DNA from: an uncultured delta proteobacterium
Lineage (GTDB): Bacteria; Desulfobacterota; RBG-13-43-22
DNA: 64,000 nucleotides
Assembly (NCBI GenBank): GCA_963743305.1
Contig: CAVUPH010000033.1
Span: 1 to 64,000 of the forward strand
Direction: 5' to 3'
Shown here: positions 1 through 9,990 of the stretch, in pieces
How the letters are laid out: each line of letters starts with the position of its first letter
Numbering within the stretch: position 1 is the stretch's first letter
Notes under the pieces: generated by a model
Databases searched by the model: none
The model's input: only the letters and a program-made list of their open reading frames with translations
What the model was told of the DNA's origin: nothing
Translations under genes and position numbers: made by a program

Positions 1-443
1 TTTGCTAGGCATAGGATGCGGTTGGTGAGGGTCTGTTATCCTTCAGAAATCAAAAAAACAACGCTATGATCTGCCGGAGCCCATTTTTATCGGAAAGAAG
101 ATGGCTCCACTACCGGCCATTATAGCTGGACGAGAGGGTGGGATGGGCTGTAGAAGCCCGGACCGGCACCGACCGGAAAGGTCAATCCCCTTTCGGGCAG
201 GGGAACCCCCTTGCGTAAGCTCGCTCCGCCGGACGGGGGGGAATTTCCTGATGTGGTCCCGGGCTTCCAGAAGGGACATTTCCGGAAGCAGGGAACAACA
301 AAAAGCACGGCGCCGGCAGGCTGTGTCCGGCATTTGGGCAGAGATTGCTTCAATTCCTGCCGCGGTACTTGGGAATTGCGTAGCAGATCGATTAGATCCG
401 AGAGACGCAGAGGGACCATCAGAGATCGATGCTTAAGACCGTA

Positions 444-1106
444 TTAGGGGAGGTCTAAATAACCCAGATTTTCTCCGACCAACTTCACTTGAAGGCGATC
501 CTTGACGGCCTGGCCTTCGATAATAGACCACATATTGCAAATACGGGTCGGGGTGTGGCAATCGCTGCACAAACCGGTTTCTTTGCAGGGGTTATCTATA
601 TTCAGCCGGATGCAGTTCATGGGCGCGGCCACCTGTTTGGGGTCTGCGGTCCATGGCCTCCTGCAGGTTCAGGGCGACCTTATTCATGCCGATGACAAAG
701 GATGACTTTTTTGGGGCCAAAGGCCATCGCCGCCACTCGGTTCCCCATCCCATCCAGATTCACCAGTTTTCCATCGAGCGTGATGGCGTTGCTGCTGGCG
801 ATCATGAAGTCGGCCGTCAGCCCCCGGCGGCGCTCCGCGAGGCCTTCTTCCGGTGAATATTGCCGGCAGGTAAGGATCGATCACGGTAATCCTGGGGTTG
901 GCCTTCAACCGTTCCCACAGCCCCATTTCTACCAGGGAAGTGGACCCGCAACGGAAGACCGAGGAGCCGTCCGGGATCAGGGCCGCCACTTCCTCCCGAG
1001 CCTGGGCAATGGTCGGGGCGTAGGTCCCGGACATGCGTCGCTTTTCCAGGGCCTTGATAATCTGTTGAGCCAACTTTTCTTTAAAAATTTCTTGTGGGGC
1101 AGCCAT
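444..1106 (-). CDS. LutC/YkgG (LUD domain) lactate-utilisation family protein, frameshifted
   Basis: N-terminus ([14 protein letters not shown]...FRCGSTSL) in ORF 684-1106 and C-terminus (AAPMNCIRL...C.ETG.C.DC..P.RICN...LVGENLGY) in ORF 444-632; joined by indels. Confidence 0.75.
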
Positions 1107-1164
1107 GAAATCCTCCTTTTAGTAGTTAAATAAAGCCGTGCACTCATGTCATTGCGAGGTCGAG

Positions 1165-1276
1165 TGTAGGGGAGGGGTTAATCCCCTCCCGCACCCAGCC
1201 GGGCATAAATCATGCTCCTGAAAAAATTTGAATCCTTAATTCCCAAAGTCGGGAGGGGATTAACCCCTCCCCTACA
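1165..1276. repeat. GTAG-type REP doublet (REPIN-like), perfect 27-bp inverted repeat
   Basis: tgtaggggaggggttaatcccctcccg (1165-1191) / cgggaggggattaacccctcccctaca (1250-1276). Confidence 0.85.
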
Positions 1277-1360
1277 AAAAAGGAGAGCTTGAATATTTTC
1301 ATGTTTCGCGGGTGTCCGCCCTGGGCATGGGGGGTTACTGGAATGCCATTTGTTGATAAC

Positions 1361-1488
1361 CTCGCAAAAAGTCGTCACCCCGGTGAAAACCGGGGTCCAG
1401 TGATTTCATAACCGATTGAACCTACTGGATTCCGACTTTCGTCGGAATGACGAAAACGGCCTTTCGGCGGCTTTTTGCGAGTCCGTCA
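1361..1488. repeat. Nested palindromic repeat: CTCGCAAAAAGTC...GCTTTTTGCGAG shell containing a CGTCA..CCGG..GTCCAG/CTGGATTCCG..GGAATGACG REP pair
   Basis: Inverted arms read directly; same shell at 11472-11511 and 58764-58894. Confidence 0.8.
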
Positions 1489-1502
1489 TTTGTTGTGGGG
1501 TT

Positions 1503-1969
1503 CCTCAAAACGGGCTTCCCAGACGTTCCTGAAGGTTGCGGCGGTGTTCTTTTTCTTCTTCATAATGAGCCGGAGATCATCCCGGCTTTGGGTATCTTCA
1601 ACGAAAGGCTCTCAGCATTTCATAAAAAACTGCCGTGTCCTGCTCGAATTCGGCGGATATACGCATAACGGTCTGGATATCCTGGGCCTTGGAAAGATCC
1701 TGTTCATCCAGAGAAAAGGCTTTTTCTCCCAGGACGTTCTGAAACAGCTCCCGGCCCATGGCTTCCAGGTTCTCGTCCACTGGTTTGATTCCCACCCGAT
1801 TTTTAAACTCGGTGAACCAGCGCTGATGATCCAGCTCCTCGTCGGCCAGCAGGCCAAACAGATCCGCCAAGGAGGGATCGGAGGTCTCTCGCTGAGCCCG
1901 GCGATAGGTGCTTTCCCCGTTTTTTTCAATCTGTAACGCAATTTCAATAATGTCGGTTATGGTAAACAT
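1503..1969 (-). CDS. Rubrerythrin/ferritin-like protein (frameshifted at the 3' end)
   Basis: IEIALQIEKNG...LADEELDH...EQDTAVFY; second EExxH motif (EEEKEHRRNL) recovered only after two 1-nt shifts near 1600 and 1560; 3' end approximate. Confidence 0.75.
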
Positions 1970-2017
1970 ATTGTCCTATCCTGGCGTTCAACGATTCACG
2001 CCGTGCAACAATAAAAC

Positions 2018-2047
2018 TTGACAGGTAAAAGGCTGTTCCACTAAATT
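2018..2047 (+). promoter_or_regulatory. Putative sigma70 promoter
   Basis: TTGACA-18nt-TAAATT upstream of the CoA-transferase gene. Confidence 0.45.
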
Positions 2048-2122
2048 TATTAAATATCTTACAGGGTGTCAATTCATAAACGGGAGTTTTTTCGTTCCCG
2101 TTTCGAGGATCGAGGAGGATTC

Positions 2123-3313
2123 ATGGATCCATTAAGTCAAATAACCGTCCTTTCGTTGGAACAAGCTACTGTGCTGCCCTATTTGACCTTCCGGTTGGTC
2201 CAGGACGGTGTTCGGGTAATCCGTTTGGAGCATCCGGTCTTTGGTGACCCCAACCGCATGGTGGGGGATAACGTCCTCCAGGAAGAGCGGATGTTCAGTT
2301 ATTTTATGGCCATCAACGCCGGGAAAAAAGCCCTGACCTTAAACCTGGGTGTTCCGGAGGGACAGCAGATCTTAAAAGACCTGATTATGAAACTAAAGGT
2401 CGATATTTTTGCCACCAACCAACTTCCTCGAAACTATGCCAAGCTGGGCATCGATTATGGAATCCTCAAGGCCGTCAAGCCGGATTTGATTTGGTTGGGA
2501 ATCACCGGGTTCGGCCCGGACAGCAACGAGGCGGCCTACGATCCGATACTACAGGCCCGGGGCGGCCTGATGGAATTGACCGGGGAGGCGGACGGTGAAC
2601 CCCAGGTCCTGGGCATCCCGCTGCCGGATATGGGAGCCAGCGAACACGCCTACGGTCTGCTGATGAAGGCCCTGTTTCGTCGCCAGGCTACCGGTCAGGG
2701 CAGCCGGATCGACCTATCCATGTTCGAAAGCACGGTTTCCTGGCTGACCGTACCCATCACTCTGAGCCGGTCTTTCGGCAAAAAGATCACCCGGCGGGGA
2801 AACACCCATGAGTTCTTCGCCCCCGTTTCCGTCTACCCCACGGCCGACGGCTACGTTTACGTGGCCGGCGGCAACGACAAGCAGTGGAACGCCCTGACAC
2901 AGTTGCCCGGTTTTGAATCGCTGGCTCAGGAGCAATACCGGAAGAATGCCGGCCGGATCGCCGAGGTGAAAGAAGCTGAATCAGGAGATCAGCGCTATTA
3001 CCCGAAAATTCGAAAGCACCGTATTGATCAGCCTTTTTAATCAAATCGGGGTGCCTATTTCCGAGATTCATTGTATTGATCAGGTGGTTCAGGACCCCTT
3101 GGTCGTCGAAATTTGTTGAAGGCCAAGGATCCGAAGACCGGTATGAAAATTACCCTGGCGCCGCCGCCCCACATGACCGAGTACTTGAAATCCAGCGGCG
3201 GTCGGCTTTCTTTTCCACCCCGTTTCGGGGAGCATAATGAAGCGATTTACGGGCAGGTGTTGGGTCTCGGCCCGGACCAAATAAATGAAATGAAAGAAAA
3301 GGGGATCATTTAA
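2123..3313 (+). CDS. Family III (CaiB/BaiF) CoA-transferase, frameshifted
   Basis: SYFMAINAGKK, ITGFG, AYDPILQARGG, PLPD motifs; C-terminus PPRFGEHN...MKEKGII in ORF 3113-3313; GAGGAG RBS before ATG 2123. Confidence 0.85.
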
Positions 3314-3316
3314 TCC

Positions 3317-3728
3317 ATGACCAGTGAGAAGAAAATCAATCGAAAAATAAGGATCTTGATCGCCAAACCGGGATTGGACGGCCATGACCGTGGCGCCAAG
3401 GTAATGGCCCATGCCCTGCGGGATGCCGGGATGGAGGTTATTTATACCGGTTTGCACCAGACCGTGGAAAGCATCGTCCAGGCGGCCCTCCAGGAGGCGG
3501 TGGATGTGGTCGGCCTGTCCATCATGTCCGGGGGCCCATTTACCCATCAGCAAAAAACTGATGGCCTTGATGGCCGAAAAGGGGCTCCGGGACCGATTGG
3601 TCCTGGTGGGCGGGGTGATCCCCAAACGGGACATTCCGGCTTTAATGGATCTGGGGGTGGCCGGTGTGTTCCCCGGAGGGACCCCATTCAAGGTGCCGAT
3701 TGAGTTTATTCGAAGCAGTTTACATTAA
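3317..3728 (+). CDS. Cobalamin-binding domain subunit of an acyl-CoA mutase (methylmalonyl-CoA mutase C-terminal-like), one frameshift
   Basis: [27 protein letters not shown]|[18 protein letters not shown]; shift in a G-run near 3535. Confidence 0.88.
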
Positions 3729-3792
3729 AACGAAAAGCACCTTGCCCCGATCTTTATTTTAAATCCCAAGGGCATCCATTACGCTGGTCCGC

Positions 3793-5183
3793 ATGTCTGA
3801 ACCTCATAAAATCCGCCTGCTGGTCGTTGACGACGAAAAGAACCAACGGGAGCTGCTGCAGGGCTTCCTGCAGAAAAAGGGGTATACCGTCCACGCGGCG
3901 GAGGGCGGTGAGGCTGCTCTCGGCTGGCTGAGAGAAAACGGCTGCGAGGTCGTGTTCACCGACCATAAAATGCCCGGCATGGATGGCACCACCCTGCTCC
4001 AGGAAATCAAAAAACGGCATCCTGAAACGGTAGTGGTCCTGATGACGGCCTACGGTACGGTGGAAAAGGCCGTCGAGGCCATGAAAATGGGCGCCTACGA
4101 TTATCTGACCAAGCCCATTGATCTGGACGAACTGTTGATTCTATTGGAGCGGATCGAGAGCAGTCTGCTGCTGACCTGGGAGGTGAGGCAGCTTCGCCAG
4201 GAACTGAAAACAAAATTCAGCTTCGAGGGATTGATTACCCACAGTCCCCGGATGGAGGATGTCCTCTCCCTGGTGGCCCGGGTAGCCCCCAGCCAGTCCA
4301 CGGTGTTGATCCGGGGGGAGAGCGGTACGGGCAAAGGGCTGCTGGCCCGGATCATCCATTACCACAGTCCGCGATCTTCCGGTCCGCTGGTGACCCTCAA
4401 TTGCGCGGCTATCCCCGAGAACCTCCTGGAAAGCGAGCTTTTCGGCCATGAAAAAGGGGCGTTTACCGGTGCAATTTCACAGCACCAGGGGAAATTTGAA
4501 CAAGCCCACGGGGGGACCCTATTTTTAGACGAGATCGGCGATTTTTCCCTGGTTCTCGGCAGTCTAAACTATTGCGGGCCGTTCAGGAGAGGGCTTTTGA
4601 GCGAGTAGGGGGCAGCAAAACCATCGAGGTGGATGTCCGGCTGATTTGGCTACCGATCAGGACTTGGAGCAGCTCATTCAAACAAACCGCTTCCGGGAGG
4701 ACCTCTACTACCGCTTGAACGTGGTCTCCCTCTTCCTCCCGCCCTTGCGGGAGCGGAAAGAGGATATCCCCATCCTTTTGGATCATTTTTTGAAAAAATT
4801 CGGCCGGGCCAATGGGAAAGAGAACATCGAAGTATCCAAGGAAGCCCGGGACCTGCTCCTGCGTCACGATTACCCGGGCAATATCCGAGAACTGGAGAAC
4901 CTGGTCGAACGGGCCGTAGTCCTGGCTAGGGACAATCTGATTACTACCCGGGAGATCCCCTTCCATTTAAAGGAGGGCCGGGATGAGCCGGATTCACCGC
5001 CCCCGTCGTCTTCCGATCTCCCCGATGGAACAGTTGGACGCCCTGGAAAAGTACCTGATCCGGCAGACCTGCAGGAAACCCTACGGGGTCCAGACCCGGG
5101 CGGCCGAAAAACTCGGCATCAGCGAACGGGTGCTACGCTATAAACTCAGAAGTACGGCATTTGAAAAGAACGTCGAACATTGA
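3793..5183 (+). CDS. NtrC-family sigma54-dependent response regulator, several frameshifts
   Basis: REC domain (VVDDE, TDHKMP), [49 protein letters not shown] ([18 protein letters not shown]) spread over three frames. Confidence 0.88.
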
Positions 5184-5239
5184 ACATCGAACGTCCAACC
5201 TCGAATGAAAAATAAAACCCCATTGTCGAACAGGGAGCA

Positions 5240-5420
5240 CCTATTTCGGCACGGAAAACCAGTCGGAGTTCTCCTCTCTCCTGAAGACTACGATGATTTG
5301 GTTTACAAGAAAGCGTTTCTTGATTCTGTCGGAAGAGGGAGGAGCGGAGGACTGAAGTGGGGATCTTTACAGCACCAAAGAACTGAAGACGGCATTGATG
5401 GAGAGAGAACCGGGTGACTG
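5240..5420 (+). pseudogene. Phd/YefM-family antitoxin remnant
   Basis: HGKPVGVLLSPEDYDDLVYKKAFLDSVGRG, then DLYSTKELKTAL in another frame; N-terminus missing. Confidence 0.65.
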
Positions 5421-5501
5421 AAACGAGATGGAAATCGCCTTGACATCCTGACTGTTTTTGAGGGACATCGATTATTGCGATCGGGTGAAATTAAGGCGTA
5501 G
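5421..5501 (+). pseudogene. C-terminal fragment of a RelE/ParE toxin
   Basis: Reads KRDGNRLDILTVFEGHRLLRSGEIKA*, a typical ParE tail, directly after the antitoxin. Confidence 0.6.
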
Positions 5502-5589
5502 ATCATCCATGATTATCTATTCACACCTTCCATGCAATGGCTGGCAATATTCGTTGGCCCGACATCATCAATAGGTTTCCCTTAAAGAA

Positions 5590-6212
5590 AAGGGAAGCTT
5601 GCCGAAGTCAAAGACAATTTATGTGAGCTCGTCACGGTCACTGGACAGACAAATTCTGGAAAGACCGTTCTCGCTCGGAAAATTCTGCCTCCGGAAGAAA
5701 GCATATGGATTGATGGCGGCGTGGTGTCTCAAGAAGATGATTTCTGGCAAGTGATAATCGAACAGCTCCAGCTCATCCAATCGGCGGAGAAGGAAAACAA
5801 GGAAGAAACCGCCTGCAAGATCGGGGGCAAAGGCACAGCGGAGACCCACTTCTTTATGCACAAGAATCGGGAGAAATAAGTGCCGAGCCGGAAAAGACGC
5901 GTGGCACGACGAAGACAGGTAACCGTACCGGTTTCATCCCGTGTGACGGCCCTCAAAGGTCTGCGTGCTTCAAATCTACCGCTTGTTGTCGATGACTTTC
6001 ACTACATTCCTCGTGATATGCAGGGGAGCATCGTGCGCGCGTTAAAGCCGCTAATATTCGATGGGTTGCCCGTTGTGATCATAGCAATCCCACACCGCCG
6101 ATACGATGCTCTTAAGGTTGAAAAGGAAATGACAGGTCGTATTTCACCCATAGAGATCCCAACCTGGTCGATAGGCGAACTTCAGTTCATTTCAGATACG
6201 GGTTCTTCTTAA
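5590..6212 (+). pseudogene. P-loop/AAA ATPase fragment
   Basis: Walker A VTVTGQTNSGKT (~5630-5670) and Walker B LVVDDFH; internal stop at ~5878; truncated at both ends. Confidence 0.65.
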
Positions 6213-6369
6213 GTATCGGTTGTCACCATACTTCAACTATTATTTTAAACGCTGTTTTAAGGAGGCGCGCGAGGAAATTGAGCGGAAAAAGAGAGAGGTG
6301 CGGGTTCCGGATAACGAAGATGTCGAAGAGCCCGTTGATTTTTCCCATCTTTTTTCAGAGGTGTTTTCT

Positions 6370-6816
6370 ATGGCCCATCGTGAAATCTGGCATGAAATGA
6401 TCATCAAAGCCTCCCCCGGCGAGCTTTACCAAGCTTTGACCGATGTAAATAAGCTGGCGCATTGGTGGACCACCGAGACGCGGGGGGAATCTGCTGTCGG
6501 GAAGAAACTGGAATTCTGGTTTTATGGGAAATTCTTAAAGGAGATGGTTGTGACCGCTCTGAAGGCTGATGAACTCGTGCGGTGGCGAGCAACTGAGCGG
6601 AGCGATCCTGATTGGGTCGACACCGAAATTGAATGGAAGATCTTTCGCGAAGGCGACAAAACGTTTCTTCACCTTCGCCACTCGAAATGGCGCGAGGATG
6701 CCAAATTTTTTCCTCAGTCTTCAATGCACTGGGTGCTTTTCATGCTTAGCCTCAAGGAATTTGTCGAGACGGGCAAAGGGCGTCCGCATCCTTACGACAA
6801 GCCGGTGGGCCTATAA
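6370..6816 (+). CDS. SRPBCC/AHSA1-domain protein
   Basis: IKASPGELYQALT...LAHWW...WVDTEIEW...LHLRHSKW...W..FMLSLKEFVETGKGRPHP. Confidence 0.85.
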   Translation: MAHREIWHEMIIKASPGELYQALTDVNKLAHWWTTETRGESAVGKKLEFWFYGKFLKEMVVTALKADELVRWRATERSDPDWVDTEIEWKIFREGDKTFLHLRHSKWREDAKFFPQSSMHWVLFMLSLKEFVETGKGRPHPYDKPVGL

Positions 6817-6952
6817 AGTTCTTCTGAAGGCGCGTAGTTGGCGAACGTGACAAAGCAGAATAGCCCAACTAGCCGTTGGAGCCTGCCGCGTAGCTTGGTG
6901 GCACCTCCGGAACTAAGGTTCCGACGGCTCGTCACCCACGGCTTCAGTTCAT

Positions 6953-7243
6953 ATGATCTGCCCAAGGAATGGAACATTGGCAACAATTGAAGTAAAAATT
7001 ACAGAAAATGAACGGGACCTAATTATTGATCATACCTTTGCCGGGGATGACCTGACGAAACAGATTAAGCTGGCTGAGCTGAATGGGAAATATCTGCTTG
7101 CCAAATATACATTTGAAGATCTTGATGAATTAGTGGGATATATCGCAGCAGAATCAAATTATACAGAAGACTCAAAACTGCAAAAACAATTGGATAAACT
7201 TTTTGAAAAATTGAGCCGTATTATCAAAAATAACGATGGCTGA
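6953..7243 (+). CDS. Hypothetical protein (AT-rich, cassette-like)
   Basis: 96-aa ORF with low GC, flanked by attC-like sequences. Confidence 0.6.
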   Translation: MICPRNGTLATIEVKITENERDLIIDHTFAGDDLTKQIKLAELNGKYLLAKYTFEDLDELVGYIAAESNYTEDSKLQKQLDKLFEKLSRIIKNNDG

Positions 7244-7255
7244 AAATTAGTGTTA

Positions 7256-7380
7256 GATAAACCCTTGTTACCCGCTCGACCGGGAACCCGGGGCGGCCTT
7301 TTAACATTTGTCCTATCGAGTTGAACCAGGCTATAGCCACTTCCACACCAGGTTTCCGGCGGATGGACAACCCGTTGGCG
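7256..7380 (+). repeat. Degenerate attC-like site
   Basis: Imperfect hairpin ttgt..cccg..ccgggaacccgg / ccaggtttccggcggatggacaa ending in GTTGGCG, followed by RBS and the GNAT ATG. Confidence 0.45.
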
Positions 7381-7407
7381 GGTAAAAAAGGGAGGAATAC
7401 GAAGCGC

Positions 7408-7920
7408 ATGAATCTGAAAATCAGTATCAGAAGCGAAACCGAAGCCGATGTGAGCGTAATAACCGAGGTGACTGCCGCCGCATTTAAGACCCTGGAGATC
7501 AGCAATCACACGGAGCAATTTATTATATTGGCACTACGCGCCGCCAAGGCCCTGACGATATCGCTGGTCGCAGAAGTGGATGGCCGTGTAATTGGTCATA
7601 TAGCCTTCTCTCCCCTGACCATTTCGGACGGCACACGAAATTGGTACGGCCTGGGACCTGTATCGGTGTTGCCGGAGTACCAGCGGCAGGGCCTTGGCCA
7701 GGCCCTGATACGGGAAGGGCTGTCACGGCTGAAAGATATGAACGCCCAAGGGTGTTGTCTCGTGGGGCATCCGGATTACTACAGGAAATTCGGGTTCAAG
7801 AACATGTCCGGACTTGAGCTTGTTGGAGTGCCACGGGAGGTCTTCTTCGCTCAGTCTTTCGACGGGCATACTCCGCGGGGCACTGTCACTTTTCACGAGG
7901 GATTCAAGGCGGACGGGTAA
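7408..7920 (+). CDS. GNAT N-acetyltransferase (YhbS-like)
   Basis: ISLVAEVDGRVIGHIAFSP, GLGPVSVLPEYQRQGLG, LVGHPDYYRKFGF. Confidence 0.92.
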   Translation: MNLKISIRSETEADVSVITEVTAAAFKTLEISNHTEQFIILALRAAKALTISLVAEVDGRVIGHIAFSPLTISDGTRNWYGLGPVSVLPEYQRQGLGQALIREGLSRLKDMNAQGCCLVGHPDYYRKFGFKNMSGLELVGVPREVFFAQSFDGHTPRGTVTFHEGFKADG

Positions 7921-7972
7921 CAAGAGGGGGGCAGGAGACGCTTTACAGCGCGCCTGACCCTTAGCGTTACTG
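7915..7972 (+). repeat. attC-like site (short type) overlapping the GNAT stop codon
   Basis: GGGTAAC...agggg.gcagg.gacgct-ttac-agcgcgcctgaccct..GTTACTG; ~58 bp with AAC/GTT cores and bulged stem. Confidence 0.6.
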
Positions 7973-8181
7973 GAGCCTGAGGCGTAGCCGCCGATGCGGC
8001 CAAGCCCCGGCATCCGGCCGGGACAAAAATATCCGGTCGATCCTGTTAATCCTGTCAAATGAATGCGGTATTCGATTCTATTTTCGTACTAAGGAATGGG
8101 AGCAGGCCTGGACATCGTCGCGGCGCCGGAAAGTCCAATACTTAAAGGGTGGGCCTTCTTGTTGGGCGATGACCTCCGTGG

Positions 8182-9471
8182 TTACGGTTTCGTACAGGCC
8201 TGATAGATATTTGCAAAGAGTTCCGGTATAAGCTTGTTGGGTGTGGCCGAGAAGGCCACCCGGAGCAAATCGGGTTCAACGGAAATAACCCCGGTGTCGT
8301 ATTGGACGAGCAGCTTTTTTCGGACGGCCTCGGGGTCGGCGTTTTTGAGCCGGAGGCACATGAAATAGCCACTGTTATAGGGGAGGGCCTGGAAAGCCTC
8401 CCCATAGCCGCCGGCTTGGATAGCCTTGGTAACCGTCTCATACCTGGAACGCAGGAGGTCATTCTTCTGCTGTTTTTCCGACCAGTATTCCGGGTCCTGG
8501 TAGGCCTTGGTCAGCAACGACTGGCCCAGGTGCGACATATTGGAAGCGTCGGCTCGGATGGCTCCGGCCGTCTTGGCCTCCAGGGCGCTGTAGATTTTCT
8601 TTTTATCTCCCGGTCCCCCCACTCCGTAGGTGATAAAGCCGATCCGAAAGCCCCAGACATAATCCTCCTTGGTGGGGCCGTCGAGTTTGACGGCGACCAC
8701 CCGCTCGTGCAGGTTCGCCAGTTTTGAAAACAACGATTCCGTCAGGATCCCTTTTTCGTAAACCAGGCCGAAGTAGGCATCGTCCACCAGGACCACCAGA
8801 CTCTTCCCCCGATCGGCCGCCTCTCGGATCACCTTGACGATCTCGGCCGCCTCCTCGATAGTCGGCGTATAGCCGGTGGGGTTGTTGGGAAAATTCAGCA
8901 ACAGCAGTGCCTTGGATTGACCTTTGAGGGAATCCGCCAAGCCGGAGAGATTGAACCCCTGGCCGGAGAACAGGTCAAAGGCCTTCATCCGGGCCCCTTT
9001 TTTGGAAAGGAACATCAGGTCATAGTTTTCCCAGTAGGGGGCGGGTATGATCATCTCGTCCCCCCGGTTCAGGAAAAGCTCGGCAACGGTGCTCAGACCA
9101 TGGGTCAGTGCCCCGGTAACAATCGGCTCGCTGAACTCCTTGCCGGTCAATCCCGGGTTCTTTTTAAGCAGCATCCCCTTCCAGGTTTCCCGCAGTTCCT
9201 TCTTCCCGGGGCTGGGCGCGTAAGGATAGACTTCTTTGGGCTGGAGTTGGCCAAGATACTTGTGAATAGTTTGAAGATACATGGGTTGGCCGTTCTCTTC
9301 CAGCGCAATCCCGATCGTCGCGTTGATCCGCTTCCCGGCCGCTTCCGCCGACTGTGAAAGTATGCCTAGCTTGGGAAAAAAAAGAGCCTGCCCGGCTTCC
9401 GAGAGAAGGTCAACCAGGTAGGGATTCTCTCCCGTCAAGGTTTCGTTTAGAGTTTTCGCCTGTGGGTCCAT
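8182..9471 (-). CDS. Class I/II PLP-dependent aminotransferase
   Basis: NFPNNPTGY, VDDAY, DGPTKE...WGFRIG motifs. Confidence 0.9.
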   Translation of the reverse strand: MDPQAKTLNETLTGENPYLVDLLSEAGQALFFPKLGILSQSAEAAGKRINATIGIALEENGQPMYLQTIHKYLGQLQPKEVYPYAPSPGKKELRETWKGMLLKKNPGLTGKEFSEPIVTGALTHGLSTVAELFLNRGDEMIIPAPYWENYDLMFLSKKGARMKAFDLFSGQGFNLSGLADSLKGQSKALLLLNFPNNPTGYTPTIEEAAEIVKVIREAADRGKSLVVLVDDAYFGLVYEKGILTESLFSKLANLHERVVAVKLDGPTKEDYVWGFRIGFITYGVGGPGDKKKIYSALEAKTAGAIRADASNMSHLGQSLLTKAYQDPEYWSEKQQKNDLLRSRYETVTKAIQAGGYGEAFQALPYNSGYFMCLRLKNADPEAVRKKLLVQYDTGVISVEPDLLRVAFSATPNKLIPELFANIYQACTKP

Positions 9472-9694
9472 CTGGATCTCCTTGAATATTATTGTCTATT
9501 TTCGCAGTATAATAAAAAAAGGCTATCCGCTCAATATAAACTTCCGGCTAGGGAAAAAAAGAATCTCGAGCCCCCTCCGGTTTCCCGCGATCTGGAAAAC
9601 CCTTTGGTTCCAGGTTGACTTTTCTCTCCCGCCCAATTAGATTTTAATTATAGTCTCATGCTAGAATCATAGGACTGTAACCAGGAGGATAATA

Positions 9695-9898
9695 ATGGCT
9701 GCCCCGAAGTGGAGAAACGTTCATCTCTATCAATGCCCTTGCGGATATGAATACGAGCCGGAAAAAGGGGACGCCGAAAAAGGGTGGATTCCCGGAACGC
9801 CTTTTGAACAGTTGCCGGAGGCCTGCACCTGTCCCTATTGCCAGCGGGCCAAGGTCCATTTCCGGGAAAAAAATTTTTCAGTCCAGGTTACGGAGTAA
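9695..9898 (+). CDS. Rubredoxin-like protein
   Basis: CPCGYEYEPEKGD...PGTPFEQLPE..TCPYC; AGGAGG RBS. Confidence 0.85.
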   Translation: MAAPKWRNVHLYQCPCGYEYEPEKGDAEKGWIPGTPFEQLPEACTCPYCQRAKVHFREKNFSVQVTE

Positions 9899-9990
9899 CA
9901 GGCGACACCCTGATGTCAATCCCTAAGGGGCCAAAGGCCCATTTTCTGGAGGCTGAGGCCTCCAACGCACTTGAAGAAAGGAAACTTCAG

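Noticed and set aside
1-447. Several overlapping ORFs at the window start
   Set aside because: No recognisable motif, and they lie in the indel-rich zone; a real gene may be present but cannot be called.
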